A program made the translations under genes and the position numbers. A stretch of DNA of 64,000 nucleotides, taken from the NCBI GenBank assembly GCA_045634005.1, contig JAZQZL010000003.1, forward strand, positions 13,038 through 77,037, in the 5' to 3' direction. Of this stretch, positions 1 to 10,292 are shown piece after piece. Numbering within the stretch: position 1 is the first letter of the stretch; every line of letters begins with the position of its first letter. The notes under the pieces were generated by a model. The model worked only from the letters and a program-made list of their open reading frames with translations. It did no database searches and was not told where the DNA came from. The stretch comes from Candidatus Flemingiibacterium sp. GTDB lineage: Bacteria; Bacillota; Clostridia; Oscillospirales; CAG-272.

Positions 1-1
1 C

Positions 2-265
2 TCCACAAGCGAAAACGTACGCTTCACCAAGACGCTTCTTCTGGAGCTTGGTATATCCGACAAGCGGATAATCGGCGTTTCAACCGCGTTCCATCTGCCA
101 CGCATCGAGATCTTATCGGAGCGCTACGGCTTGGCGATGGATACGTGCGGTGCACCTTCTCCGAGCGCACTGCATTACTATACCAGTATGATACGTGAAT
201 ACCTGTCCTACATCAAGATGATGCTTTTTGATAAGGCTATATTTATTGATCTGATAGGCGGATAA
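2..265 (+). CDS. 3' fragment of a DUF218/YdcF-like protein (5' end outside window)
   Basis: Frame 2 is open from the window edge to TAA at 263-265 (...GVSTAFHLPRIEILSERYGLAMDTCG...IDLIGG*). A hairpin terminator follows. The family call is from motif memory only. Confidence 0.35.
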   Translation, partial: STSENVRFTKTLLLELGISDKRIIGVSTAFHLPRIEILSERYGLAMDTCGAPSPSALHYYTSMIREYLSYIKMMLFDKAIFIDLIGG

Positions 266-306
266 AAAAAGCCCTTTGACGTAACGTCAAAGGGCTCAAT
301 TTTTTA
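264..306. terminator. Bidirectional rho-independent terminator between convergent genes
   Basis: Perfect 11-bp stem gccctttgacg (271-281) / cgtcaaagggc (285-295). An A-run lies upstream and a T-run downstream. Confidence 0.8.
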
Positions 307-2739
307 TTGTCTGTACTGCGGCGGATATCTCGTTTGTGCCGACTGCATCTGCTGCGTACGCATCATTTCCTGACGGTGGCGCATCGCCGCCTCACGGCGC
401 TTCTTTCTGATGTATCTCGCTCGCAGATAAAGCGCACCGTACGCACCTACTGCAAGGATAACGAGTATCAAAAGCACCACGAATATCCAGCCTATGACGC
501 CCATCGGACGTTTCACCTGAAGCGTTACGTACTCAAGTCTGATGCCGTACTCGCCAATCACGTTGTCGCTGTCCGCGTTGCTTACCCACAGCTTCATAAG
601 ATCAAGCTCTCCGTCGGTTTTTAACGAAAAATCCTTGATATCAAAGCTTATATCGTTCCAAACGTTCGGCTTTACGGTAACAACGCTTTCATACACCGCG
701 CCGACCTCGTCGCCATAGGCGTTATCCTGCAGACGGAGCATAAGATTCATCGTGCCGACGTCAGCGGGAGTAGCGACCATAACACGCAAGGTGATATAGT
801 GCGCCTTCTTAAGCACGTCTTCAGCAAATACAGAGTTGCCTATTCCCGTATAACCGTTCGGTATATCGGGAAGCTTCGCATAAAGCATCGTTTCCGAGGC
901 ATCTTCGAAGGAACGAAGCTCAACGTACTGCGCGCCGTCCGTGGGGTAGAAATCGCACAGTCGTCCATCGGTAAGGTCAAAAAGCACCTTTCCCTTGTAT
1001 CCGCGCTTATAATCCTCTGGCGCTATGACATTTCCCTCAAACACCGTGCGTTCGTTAAACTGCTTATACTTAACGTTTTCCGGCATAAATATTCCAAACG
1101 CGCCCGAGCCTACGGTATTCTTTACAAACGCCGTTACAGCCTCGCTGTTTTGCGTATCTATAAGCGAAAATACGTTGTATATGGGCTTCTTGGCAAGAGG
1201 CTCGACCGTGGTGTCGGGAGCATTCGTCCAAAGCCCGTAATACTGAGTTTCTGCCGAATGGTCCACGTGACGGTGGTAAATAAATGCGTCAATGTCCTCG
1301 TTCTGCTCTACAGAGTAATATGCAAGTGCATACGCCGCCGCCTGAAGCGTCATAGATTCATCGCTCGACGGATCGCCTGACAGACCGAACTCGCCGATTA
1401 TTATGCTTCTTATCGCAGAATCGTAAAGAAGCGGCTCCTCGGACATGTAACGCGTAAGTGTACCAAGATTTTTCATCGTTATAAACGGCGTTTCAAAGTC
1501 GTTGGTTGCATATTCATCATTCCAGAAATCGGTAAGACCGGGAGATGACGGATGCGGATTTATAGAAAGGCCCCACGGTATATCACCCGAGCTTTTGATA
1601 ACCGCGGCAAAGCTGTCGAGAAAATCCTTTGCGGGATAATCCTGAAGTGAATTTGCATTGGCAGACATATCACTTGCCGCAGCGGTAAAATTATTGCCAA
1701 GCGAAATATATACGCGCCCGTTTGCGTAGTGCGACGTCATCGCGGTGTAAGCCACGCGAAACGCCGTACAGTACGAATAGATATAGTTAGTGAGCGACGC
1801 GTTGCCGGCGTTGTTCCACACGCGGTTCGAGTTCACCTCAAAGCCCATTATAAACGCGGGCACAAAGCCGTATGCGCGGTCCTCACGGGTATATCTCGAC
1901 GCGAGATAATCCATAACCGCCTGGAAGGACTTCATTGCTGTTTCGTTCCCCGTATTAAGCGCGTAAAGCGTTGCTTCGGGAGAGATTCCCTCGCAGTAAA
2001 GGCTCGCAATATTCGGGTGTGCGTTTTCAGCCTTTGCGGTAAGTATGATATTAAAATATACGTTTATGCCTGCATCGGTGTAAGTTTTTACCTTGTGGTC
2101 GAGCAGCGCTATCTTCGCTCTGTCAATATAATAAGTCTGACCGTTATAAACAAACGACTGCGCAGCATCAGAGCCTTCACCATGTAGATACTCGTTGATC
2201 GCTACGTTTACAACCGTATGCGAAACTCCAAGCTGCTGTGCATCGGTAAACGTCTGTATCTGAAGTCCCTTTTTGCTCGGGCGTTCGGGATACGCCTCGG
2301 TGTTACTTGCGAGCGCAGAAATATTTTCAACGTATTTTGCCTTCGTGATTATGTTGTACGTTCCGTCGTCAGCCTTTTCCGCAACAACAAACTTCGAATA
2401 CAGTCTTGTCGTATTGCCGTTATAGAAGGGGAGCTTTACAGTCGTTTTTTCTGCAAGCTTAAACTCCTTGACGGGCTCCATCGAATTTATCGCAGAGGTC
2501 GACTCGTACGGTAAAAGCTCAAAGATATACAACGTAGCAGGCTTGTTCGCCTTAACGTATTCTTTGCTCACCGATATTTCTATCGCTACCTCACTTTTAC
2601 TCTTGGTAAGCTCAACCGAGGTAATCTCTCCGGCGTCCTGCGTACCGGCGCTCACTACGCCTGTAAGAAGTACAAGTGAGAGCATCGCCGCAGCTATGAC
2701 AAATGCCGCCTTAAGATGATTTTTTACGTTATATTTCAT
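304..2739 (-). CDS. Large secreted, C-terminally membrane-anchored protein; central TIM-barrel glycosidase-like region (function uncertain)
   Basis: ORF 304-2763. The preferred start is the ATG at 2739 (MKYNVKN...), 6 nt after GGAGGG. It has an N-terminal signal peptide (AAFVIAAAMLSLVLLTGVVSA) and a C-terminal TM helix (WIFVVLLILVILAVGAYGALYL) followed by a basic tail. Confidence 0.85.
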   Translation of the reverse strand: MKYNVKNHLKAAFVIAAAMLSLVLLTGVVSAGTQDAGEITSVELTKSKSEVAIEISVSKEYVKANKPATLYIFELLPYESTSAINSMEPVKEFKLAEKTTVKLPFYNGNTTRLYSKFVVAEKADDGTYNIITKAKYVENISALASNTEAYPERPSKKGLQIQTFTDAQQLGVSHTVVNVAINEYLHGEGSDAAQSFVYNGQTYYIDRAKIALLDHKVKTYTDAGINVYFNIILTAKAENAHPNIASLYCEGISPEATLYALNTGNETAMKSFQAVMDYLASRYTREDRAYGFVPAFIMGFEVNSNRVWNNAGNASLTNYIYSYCTAFRVAYTAMTSHYANGRVYISLGNNFTAAASDMSANANSLQDYPAKDFLDSFAAVIKSSGDIPWGLSINPHPSSPGLTDFWNDEYATNDFETPFITMKNLGTLTRYMSEEPLLYDSAIRSIIIGEFGLSGDPSSDESMTLQAAAYALAYYSVEQNEDIDAFIYHRHVDHSAETQYYGLWTNAPDTTVEPLAKKPIYNVFSLIDTQNSEAVTAFVKNTVGSGAFGIFMPENVKYKQFNERTVFEGNVIAPEDYKRGYKGKVLFDLTDGRLCDFYPTDGAQYVELRSFEDASETMLYAKLPDIPNGYTGIGNSVFAEDVLKKAHYITLRVMVATPADVGTMNLMLRLQDNAYGDEVGAVYESVVTVKPNVWNDISFDIKDFSLKTDGELDLMKLWVSNADSDNVIGEYGIRLEYVTLQVKRPMGVIGWIFVVLLILVILAVGAYGALYLRARYIRKKRREAAMRHRQEMMRTQQMQSAQTRYPPQYRQ

Positions 2740-2915
2740 ACACTGCCCTCCAAGTCGTATCAAAGCCGACTGTTATACTTTAATATATTGTAACACAATC
2801 CGACAAAAAAAGCAACGGATAATTTGTTAATAGAATGATTTTACAGCATAATATATCCGCTCAAAACAAAAAGGCTGCCCTTCGGCAGCCAATTTTGCTT
2901 CTTTGCTTTGAGAGA

Positions 2916-3257
2916 TTAGAGCTGTTCCTTAACCTTGGAGCTCTTGCCCACACGGTCACGGAGATAGTAAAGCTTCGCACGGCGAACCTTACCGCGTCTG
3001 ATGATCTCAACCTTTTCAACGTTGGGAGAATGTACCGGGAAGGTCTTCTCAACGCCGCAGCCGTAAGAAACACGTCTTACAGTGAAGGTCTCGGAGATAC
3101 CGCCGCCATTCTTAGCGATGATGGTACCCTCGAACATCTGAATTCTCTCTCTGTTGCCCTCTTTGATCTTGTTGTGGATCTTAACGGTGTCACCAACGTT
3201 AAGTACAGGGGCATTTTCCTTGAGCTGCTCACTAGTTAAAGCCTTAATAAAATCCAT
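2916..3257 (-). CDS. rplS: 50S ribosomal protein L19
   Basis: [62 protein letters not shown]... is the classic L19 sequence. Start ATG at 3257 is preceded by AAGGAGG. The track's longer start at 3311 is rejected. Confidence 0.97.
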   Translation of the reverse strand: MDFIKALTSEQLKENAPVLNVGDTVKIHNKIKEGNRERIQMFEGTIIAKNGGGISETFTVRRVSYGCGVEKTFPVHSPNVEKVEIIRRGKVRRAKLYYLRDRVGKSSKVKEQL

Positions 3258-3392
3258 TTTGGCTTCCTCCTTAAAAAATTTAAGTGTTTGAGGCGTGTTC
3301 GTGCGGAGCATTGTCGCAGAGGACCACCCTCGCCAAGCGTCCTTTTGGACACACAGCTCTTATATTATATCACAACAAAAGACGAATTGCAA
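3258..3392 (-). promoter_or_regulatory. rplS promoter (TTGCAA-17-TATAAT) plus a structured 5' leader of about 105 nt
   Basis: On the minus strand the -35 is at 3387-3392 and the -10 at 3364-3369, with a 17-nt spacer. The leader contains GTCC/GGAC and GAGG/CCTC pairings. It may be an L19-leader-type autoregulatory element. Confidence 0.5.
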
Positions 3393-3578
3393 GTGTTTTT
3401 TAAAATTTTTACGGGTAATTTTGCCGATATTTCAGATGTAAACCGCCTTTTTTCCCGTCACTGTGAAAAAATTTCGCACTTTGCTTTACTTTTTGAGCAT
3501 ATTATGATAGAATATACTTAATATGGTCAATACTACCTATGTAATCATTGACACTATCACTATGGAGGTAAGCGAAGC

Positions 3579-3986
3579 ATGCCAAATATTCCGTCACGCG
3601 AGCGTTTCCGCGAAGCACAAAAGCAGCCGACAAATCAGGCGCAGCATCAAACGACGCAAACGCGTCCCAATCAGGCTCGCCCTCAAGCGGCGGCACAGCA
3701 GCGTGTGCAGGTGCAACAGATGCGCTACGGACAAAATCCGCAAATACGCACTCTTACACCGCCGCCATCGGCAGAACGGCTTCGCCCGATAAAACCGTCG
3801 CAAAACGGCACAAAAAAAGCATCACCGCAAAAAAAGCATAGCTCCTCGGCGCGGCACTCGAAATCCCGCCGTCAGCGCGAGCGTACGACGCTCGGCGATT
3901 TCCTGCTTTCGTTCTTCGTGGCGCTTTTCGTATTCGGTGTTGCGGCAATATTTGTGTGCAACGCGCTTATATCGCTGTTTACGTAA
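3579..3986 (+). CDS. Q/P/R-rich disordered protein with a single C-terminal TM helix
   Basis: GGAGG lies 9 nt upstream of the ATG. The N-terminus is low complexity (QAQHQTTQTRPNQARPQAAAQQRVQVQQ) and the C-terminus is FLLSFFVALFVFGVAAIFVCNALISLF. The stop overlaps the next start (TAATG). Confidence 0.6.
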   Translation: MPNIPSRERFREAQKQPTNQAQHQTTQTRPNQARPQAAAQQRVQVQQMRYGQNPQIRTLTPPPSAERLRPIKPSQNGTKKASPQKKHSSSARHSKSRRQRERTTLGDFLLSFFVALFVFGVAAIFVCNALISLFT

Positions 3987-4693
3987 TGAGAATTGATAAA
4001 TTATTTTCCGAAATGGGCCTGCTGTCGCGTACGGAAACGCGCAAAGCCGCAAAAGCGGGCAAAATATGCGTCGACGGTGCAGCTATTAAAAATGCTGATA
4101 TGCACGTTGATCCCGACAAAAACGAGATCACGTATCTCGGTCAACGCGTTGCTTACAAGCAGTTCACCTATATAATGTTAAACAAGCCCGAGGGCTACGT
4201 GTCCGCCACCGACGACGTGCGTGAACGCACGGTGCTTGAACTGCTCGGCGAGCGCGAGCGACGTCTTGGGCTTTTCCCGTGCGGTCGACTTGATAAAAAC
4301 ACGCTCGGCCTTCTCATTCTTACCAATGACGGTGAGCTTTGTCACAGATTACTCTCGCCAAAGCATCACGTGTCGAAGGTCTACTATTTTAAAGCCGAGC
4401 GGCACATCACCGAGGAGGACAGGCAACGTCTTGAGAGCGGTGTAACGCTCGACGGCGAGCTTACAAAGCCTGCAAAACTTACGCTCTCGGAGGACGGTAT
4501 GTCCGGTTATCTGACGCTCACAGAGGGCAAATTCCACCAAGTCAAGCGTATGCTTGAGGCGGTATGCAACAAGGTCATCTACCTTGAACGCGTGGAATTT
4601 GCGGGACTGCCGCTTGACGCATCCCTTGAGCGCGGAGAATGGCGTGAGCTTACCGCCGACGAGGAAGCACATTTAAGATCATTTTTACTTTAA
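3986..4693 (+). CDS. Pseudouridine synthase, RsuA/RluB family (S4 domain + catalytic domain)
   Basis: MRIDKLFSEMGLLSRTETRKAAKAGKICVDG is an S4 domain; GRLDKNTLGLLILTNDGEL is the catalytic Asp motif. The ATG at 3986 overlaps the upstream stop. Confidence 0.9.
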   Translation: MRIDKLFSEMGLLSRTETRKAAKAGKICVDGAAIKNADMHVDPDKNEITYLGQRVAYKQFTYIMLNKPEGYVSATDDVRERTVLELLGERERRLGLFPCGRLDKNTLGLLILTNDGELCHRLLSPKHHVSKVYYFKAERHITEEDRQRLESGVTLDGELTKPAKLTLSEDGMSGYLTLTEGKFHQVKRMLEAVCNKVIYLERVEFAGLPLDASLERGEWRELTADEEAHLRSFLL

Positions 4694-4702
4694 GGAGCAT
4701 AT

Positions 4703-6853
4703 ATGGATATAATAGCAAAACTCGCCTCCGAGCTGTCGCTCGGCGTTGAGCAGGTAAAAAACACCGTCGCACTTATCGATGACGGCAACACAATTCCCTT
4801 CATCGCGCGTTACCGTAAGGAGGTAACGGGCTCACTTGATGATGAAAAGCTGCGCGATCTTTCCGAGCGTCTTACATACCTTCGCAACCTCGAAGCGCGT
4901 AAGGCCGAGGTTCACGCGCTTATCACCGAGCAGGGCAAGATGACACCAGAGATCGAAGCGGCGCTCAACGCGGCAAATATCCTCACCGAGGTCGAGGACA
5001 TCTACCGCCCCTACCGTCCAAAGCGTAAGACTCGCGCATCCGTTGCACGCGAGCGCGGACTCGAGCCGCTTGCAGCGGCGATACTCGCGCAGGAAGCGTC
5101 TTACTACCCGACACTCGACGAGCTTGCCGCGTCCCTCGTTGACGCCGAAAAGGGCGTTGAAACCGCCGAAGATGCGTTTAACGGCGCGTGCGACATTATC
5201 GCAGAGGATATTTCCGACAACGCGGACTACCGCAAGATTATTCGTAATCTCACGTTTATGAACGGCGAGATCGTTTCAGTCGGAGCTACTGAAGAGGATT
5301 CGGTATATTCGCAGTACTACGATTACAAAGAACCGCTCCGCAAGCTCCCCGGTCACCGTATTCTCGCGCTTAACCGCGGCGAAAAGGAAGAATTCCTAAA
5401 GGTATCAATTAACGTAACGCCCGATATTATTCTCAACAATCTCTACAACAGACTCGTTAAAAAGGGTGAGAGCCCTGCAAAGGTTTACGTAGAAAGAGCT
5501 ATCGTTGACAGCTACGACAGACTTATCGCTCCCTCGATTGAGCGCGAGATCCGTTCGTCGCTCTTTGACGATGCTTGCGAAGGCGCACTCAAGGTGTTTG
5601 AGGTAAATCTTAAGAATCTCCTTATGCAGCCTCCGCTCAAGGGAAAGACAGCGCTCGGATATGACCCCGGCTACCGCAACGGCTGTAAGCTTGCCGTGGT
5701 TGACAAAACGGGTAAGGTGCTCGACACCGCCGTCATCTACCCTATGAAGCCGCAGTCGCGCACCGAGGAATCGAAGCGTATCGTGAAGCGTCTTATCTCG
5801 GCGCATAACGTCGGAGTTATCGCTATCGGTAACGGTACGGCATCTAAGGAAAGCGAGATATTCATCGCAGAGCTTCTCAAAGAAATCGATGCAGACGTCA
5901 AGTACGCGGTCATCAGCGAGGCAGGCGCATCGGTTTACTCCGCGTCTAAGCAGGCCACCGAGGAGTTCCCCGACTATGACGTTATGCAGAGAAGTGCGAT
6001 ATCCATAGCAAGACGTCTTCAGGACCCGCTCGCAGAGCTTGTTAAGATCGATCCCAAGGCGATCGGTGTCGGACAGTATCAGCACGATATGAAGCCCGCC
6101 CGGCTCGACGAGGCACTCGGCGGAGTTGTCGAGGACTGCGTTAACGCAGTCGGTGTCGACGTAAATACAGCCTCCTATTCCCTGCTCTCGTACGTTGCGG
6201 GTATCAATGCGACCTCGGCAAAGAATATCGTAAAATACCGCGAGGAGAACGGCGAGTTCAAGTCGCGCGCGGCTATAAAGAAAGTACCGCGTATCGGTGA
6301 TAAGGCATTCGAGCAGTGTGCAGGATTCCTTCGTGTTTCCGGCTCGGACGAGATTCTCGACTGCACCGGTGTGCACCCCGAAAGCTATCCCGTAGCAAGA
6401 GCGTTGCTTAAGAAGTTTGACTACACAGCAGACGACGTTCGCGCATCGAAGCTCGGCGGGCTTCGCGAGAAGGTAAAATCCGTCGGAATCAAATCGCTTT
6501 GCGAGGAATTATCCGTAGGCGAGCCTACGCTTGCGGACATCATCGGCGAGCTTGAAAAGCCCGGCCGCGACGTGCGTGACAGCCTGCCGCAGACGGTGCT
6601 TCGCGACGACGTTCTCGACATAAGCGACTTAAAGCCCGATATGATTTTAACGGGCACCGTTCGAAACGTAATCGACTTCGGCGCATTCGTTGACATCGGT
6701 GTTCACCACGACGGCCTTGTACACATCTCCGAAATCTGCGACAAATTCATCAAGCATCCGAGCGAAAAGCTCGCTGTCGGTGACGTCGTAGAGGTTAAGA
6801 TAAAGTCAGTGGACCTCAAGAAAAACCGCATTTCGCTTACAATGAAGTTCTGA
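4703..6853 (+). CDS. tex: Tex-like transcription accessory protein (YqgF/HhH/S1 domains)
   Basis: 716 aa. N-terminus is IPFIARYRKEVTG. The C-terminal S1 domain is GTVRNVIDFGAFVDIGVHHDGLVHISE. Confidence 0.93.
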   Translation: MDIIAKLASELSLGVEQVKNTVALIDDGNTIPFIARYRKEVTGSLDDEKLRDLSERLTYLRNLEARKAEVHALITEQGKMTPEIEAALNAANILTEVEDIYRPYRPKRKTRASVARERGLEPLAAAILAQEASYYPTLDELAASLVDAEKGVETAEDAFNGACDIIAEDISDNADYRKIIRNLTFMNGEIVSVGATEEDSVYSQYYDYKEPLRKLPGHRILALNRGEKEEFLKVSINVTPDIILNNLYNRLVKKGESPAKVYVERAIVDSYDRLIAPSIEREIRSSLFDDACEGALKVFEVNLKNLLMQPPLKGKTALGYDPGYRNGCKLAVVDKTGKVLDTAVIYPMKPQSRTEESKRIVKRLISAHNVGVIAIGNGTASKESEIFIAELLKEIDADVKYAVISEAGASVYSASKQATEEFPDYDVMQRSAISIARRLQDPLAELVKIDPKAIGVGQYQHDMKPARLDEALGGVVEDCVNAVGVDVNTASYSLLSYVAGINATSAKNIVKYREENGEFKSRAAIKKVPRIGDKAFEQCAGFLRVSGSDEILDCTGVHPESYPVARALLKKFDYTADDVRASKLGGLREKVKSVGIKSLCEELSVGEPTLADIIGELEKPGRDVRDSLPQTVLRDDVLDISDLKPDMILTGTVRNVIDFGAFVDIGVHHDGLVHISEICDKFIKHPSEKLAVGDVVEVKIKSVDLKKNRISLTMKF

Positions 6854-6854
6854 T

Positions 6855-7796
6855 ATGCAAAATCTGAAAAGATTTATTTCCAAGGCAGTTTCCTTTATCG
6901 CTGTCGCAGCGGTGGTGATCGCCATTCTCGCAGTAAGCGGAATTTTGCCAAAGCTCATACAAAAATTCGAGAACGCGCTTGATTATTCACGCGCGTTCTC
7001 CCATTCTGTGGGCGAAAACGAAATCTTCATTCACGTAATAGACGTTGGTCAGGGCGATGCTGCGCTGATTCAGTCGCAGGCAGGCAATATACTTATCGAC
7101 ACAGGCACGAACGACTCCGAGGACGAGCTCGTTGCGCACCTTAAAGCGTGCAAAGTCAAAACGGTGGATTATCTTATCTGCTCACACGCGCACAGCGATC
7201 ACCTTGGCGGTGCTGACGCAGTACTCGACAGCTTTGATGTTTCCACTATTGTCATACCGAGCGTCGCCGAATCAACACTCGACATTGAATCGATGCTGTT
7301 TTCAATGAAGGACGGAAATATTCCCGACGTAATTCATCCCCAAAAGGGCGACACCTTCTCGCTCGGCGACATATCCTTCACCGTACTTACACCGATATCG
7401 GACACCGACGACTACAACGATATGAGCCTTGTTGTGAAAATATCGTTCGCTGACACCTCGCTTCTGTTCACGGGTGATATCAGCGAGGATATCGAGCATG
7501 AGCTTATACAAGTATATCCAAACGGCGAGCTAGACTGCGATTTTCTGAAGATCGCACATCACGGCTCGAACACGTCAACCTGTGCCGAGTTTATTGCCGC
7601 GGTCACGCCAAGCGTTGCAGTCGTATCCAGCGGCGAATACAATGACTTCGGCCATCCGCGCTACGAAGTTTTGCAAAGACTTCGCACGGGCGGATGCGAG
7701 CAAATATACCGCACGGACAAGATGAGCAGCATCGTGCTTCGAAGCGACGGCAGTGAGATAACGCTTGTTGCCACCCGTGAGGGCATCTCAAAGTGA
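6855..7796 (+). CDS. MBL-fold hydrolase, ComEC C-terminal-domain-like, N-terminal TM anchor
   Basis: HVIDVGQGDAALIQS...ILIDTG...CSHAHSDHLGG is the metallo-beta-lactamase motif. An N-terminal TM helix is present. Confidence 0.85.
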   Translation: MQNLKRFISKAVSFIAVAAVVIAILAVSGILPKLIQKFENALDYSRAFSHSVGENEIFIHVIDVGQGDAALIQSQAGNILIDTGTNDSEDELVAHLKACKVKTVDYLICSHAHSDHLGGADAVLDSFDVSTIVIPSVAESTLDIESMLFSMKDGNIPDVIHPQKGDTFSLGDISFTVLTPISDTDDYNDMSLVVKISFADTSLLFTGDISEDIEHELIQVYPNGELDCDFLKIAHHGSNTSTCAEFIAAVTPSVAVVSSGEYNDFGHPRYEVLQRLRTGGCEQIYRTDKMSSIVLRSDGSEITLVATREGISK

Positions 7797-7827
7797 CAGA
7801 CAAGCTCGATATTTTTGAGTACACCTA

Positions 7828-7856
7828 TTGACATATAATAAAATTAAATGTATAAT
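7828..7856 (+). promoter_or_regulatory. Consensus sigma-A-type promoter for proS
   Basis: TTGACA (7828-7833), 17-nt spacer, TATAAT (7851-7856). Confidence 0.7.
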
Positions 7857-7890
7857 ATAGTATATTCCAAGTTTTGAAAGGACAATTAAA

Positions 7891-9333
7891 ATGGCAAACG
7901 ATAAAAAGCTCGTCGAAGCGATAACCTCAATGGACGTCGACTTCGCGCAGTGGTACACAGATATTTGTAAGAAGGCCGATCTTATCGACTATTCGAGCGT
8001 TAAGGGATGTATGATCATTCGTCCCTACGGCTACGCTATCTGGGAGCTTATTCAGAAGAATCTCGACACCCGCTTTAAGGAGCTCGGTCACGAGAACGTA
8101 TATATGCCGATGTTTATTCCCGAGTCGCTTCTTCAGAAGGAGAAGGACCACGTCGAGGGCTTTGCTCCCGAGGTTGCTTGGGTAACTCACGGCGGTAGCG
8201 AAAGACTCACCGAGCGTATGTGCGTACGCCCGACCTCTGAAACGCTTTTCTGCGAGCATTTCGCTAACATAATCCGCTCTTACCGCGACCTTCCCAAGCT
8301 CTACAATCAGTGGTGCTCGGTAGTTCGTTGGGAAAAGACAACCCGTCCGTTCCTTCGCTCGCGTGAGTTCCTCTGGCAGGAGGGACACACTATGCACGCA
8401 ACTGCAGAGGAGGCACGCGCGGAAACCGTACAGATGCTGAACGTATACGCAGACTTCCACGAGAAGGATCTTGCAATACCGGTTGTCAAGGGCGTAAAGA
8501 CTCCCTCCGACAAGTTCGCAGGCGCAGAGGACACCTATGGTATCGAAGCGCTTATGCACGACGGTAAGGCACTTCAGGCGGCGACCTCGCATTTCTTCGG
8601 CGACGGCTTTGCACGCGCGTTCGATATCACCTTCACCTCGAAGGATAACAAGCTTGAGTATCCCTTCCAAACCTCTTGGGGCTGTACTACCCGCATGATC
8701 GGCGGTATCATAATGACCCACGGTGACGACAACGGTCTCGTTCTTCCGCCGGCAGTTGCTCCGATTCAGGCAGTCGTAATCCCCGTTGCGGCACACAAGG
8801 AGGGCGTTGTTGAGGCAGCGTCTGCTATCGCCGACAGACTTAAGGCGGCAGGCATTCGCGTGAAGCTCGACGACTCCGATCAGTCGCCCGGCTGGAAGTA
8901 CGCTGAATACGAGATGAAGGGTGTTCCGGTACGCATCGAGATCGGTCCTCGCGATATTGAGGCAAATCAGTGCGTTATCGTTACCCGCCACAACAGAGAA
9001 AAGACCTTTATCAGCCTTGACAATCTCGAGGCGGCTGCACTCGAAAAGCTTCAGGCAGTTCGCGACGGTCTTTACGAGAAGGCGCTCGCAAACCGCGAGG
9101 CTCGCACATACGACTGTGCTACAATGGACGAGATCACAGCAAAGCTCGCAGAGAACGGCGACGGATTCGTTCGTGCTATGTGGTGTGGCGACGAGGAGTG
9201 CGAGGACAAGGTAAAGGAAATAACGGGCGTTGGCTCGCGCTGTATGCCTCTCGACCAGGTTGCAAACGGCGACAAATGCGTATGCTGCGGCAAGTCTGCA
9301 AAACATCTCGTTTATTGGGGCAAGGCATATTAA
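7891..9333 (+). CDS. proS: Prolyl-tRNA synthetase (short, archaeal/eukaryote-like class IIa type)
   Basis: 480 aa. [35 protein letters not shown], with a C-terminal zinc-binding CxxC...CxxC. Confidence 0.95.
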   Translation: MANDKKLVEAITSMDVDFAQWYTDICKKADLIDYSSVKGCMIIRPYGYAIWELIQKNLDTRFKELGHENVYMPMFIPESLLQKEKDHVEGFAPEVAWVTHGGSERLTERMCVRPTSETLFCEHFANIIRSYRDLPKLYNQWCSVVRWEKTTRPFLRSREFLWQEGHTMHATAEEARAETVQMLNVYADFHEKDLAIPVVKGVKTPSDKFAGAEDTYGIEALMHDGKALQAATSHFFGDGFARAFDITFTSKDNKLEYPFQTSWGCTTRMIGGIIMTHGDDNGLVLPPAVAPIQAVVIPVAAHKEGVVEAASAIADRLKAAGIRVKLDDSDQSPGWKYAEYEMKGVPVRIEIGPRDIEANQCVIVTRHNREKTFISLDNLEAAALEKLQAVRDGLYEKALANREARTYDCATMDEITAKLAENGDGFVRAMWCGDEECEDKVKEITGVGSRCMPLDQVANGDKCVCCGKSAKHLVYWGKAY

Positions 9334-9410
9334 GCCTTACGGCAAGCATTTCCTACATTTCCATACCATATATTTTGCATTGAAATGCTACCTCGATTAT
9401 GATAAAATAT

Positions 9411-9449
9411 ACGCGTGCGGTAAACGCTACCGCACGCGTTTTTATTTTT
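9411..9449 (+). terminator. Strong rho-independent terminator downstream of proS, 17 nt before the next gene's RBS
   Basis: 12-bp stem acgcgtgcggta / taccgcacgcgt with loop aacgc, then TTTTTATTTTT. Confidence 0.85.
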
Positions 9450-9465
9450 CACAAGGAGGTAAAGA

Positions 9466-10278
9466 ATGAAAAATTTACGTATTATAATATGCGCCGTGCT
9501 GTGCGCTATGGTATTTAGCGTAGCGACTCACGCGTATGAATCTATCGACGTGCGCCTTAACGGAAATGACACCGAGATCGGCGCGCTGCTCATCGGCTCG
9601 ACTACATACGTACCGTTTAACACGGCAAATGCGGAGTTGTCGTTTGGTACAGCCACGATAAGCTGCGCCGATGACACGACGTACGCTACGACGCCGTTTG
9701 CAACTATAAGCGCAAGATCGGGCGACTGTTACATAGAGGCTGAAGGACGCTATCTTGGCGGCGAGGTTTTAAACGTCAGCGGAATCTTGTACGTTCCCAT
9801 ACGCTCGCTCGCAAAGGCGTACAACGCCGGTGTAGAATGGAACGCCGATACTCGCTCGGTAGACCTTACGGCAACCGTAGGTGACAGCATCGTCAGCGGC
9901 AACGAGTTTTATGACTCCGACGAGGTCTATTGGCTCTCTCGGATAATAAGCGCCGAGGCAGGCGCCGAGCCGATGAGCGGAAAAATCCTCGTCGGCAACG
10001 TCATACTCAACCGTGTGGCAAGCGATGAGTTTCCGAACACGATTTACGGCGTTATTTTTGACCGCGAATGGGGCGTACAGTTTACCCCCACCGAAAACGG
10101 CACGATATATAATCCACCGACCGCAGACAGCGTTATTGCCGCAAAGCTCTGCCTTGATTCATATTACATCTCACGCAGCGCGATGTACTTTCTTAATCCG
10201 AAGCGTGCAACAAACTTTTGGGTTCCCACAAACCGACCTTATCTGATGACTGTCGGCTGTCACGATTTTTATTCCTAA
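9466..10278 (+). CDS. SleB/CwlJ-family cell wall hydrolase with N-terminal copper-amine-oxidase-like (stalk) domain
   Basis: Signal peptide present. YWLSRIISAEAGAEPMSGKILVGNVILNRVASDEFPNTIYGVIF is the Hydrolase_2 signature. Confidence 0.85.
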   Translation: MKNLRIIICAVLCAMVFSVATHAYESIDVRLNGNDTEIGALLIGSTTYVPFNTANAELSFGTATISCADDTTYATTPFATISARSGDCYIEAEGRYLGGEVLNVSGILYVPIRSLAKAYNAGVEWNADTRSVDLTATVGDSIVSGNEFYDSDEVYWLSRIISAEAGAEPMSGKILVGNVILNRVASDEFPNTIYGVIFDREWGVQFTPTENGTIYNPPTADSVIAAKLCLDSYYISRSAMYFLNPKRATNFWVPTNRPYLMTVGCHDFYS

Positions 10279-10292
10279 TTGAAGATTTTTGT

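Noticed and set aside
5405-6376. 323-aa minus-strand ORF
   Set aside because: It is antisense to tex. It is a shadow ORF.
7797-7890. Possible T-box leader upstream of proS
   Set aside because: Only about 35 nt lie between the consensus -10 and the start codon. That is far too short for a T-box, and no specifier or T-box sequence is present.
7927-9306. 459-aa minus-strand ORF
   Set aside because: It is antisense to the unmistakable proS gene. Its composition is Arg/Leu/Cys-rich and no domain-like motifs are present. It is a shadow ORF.
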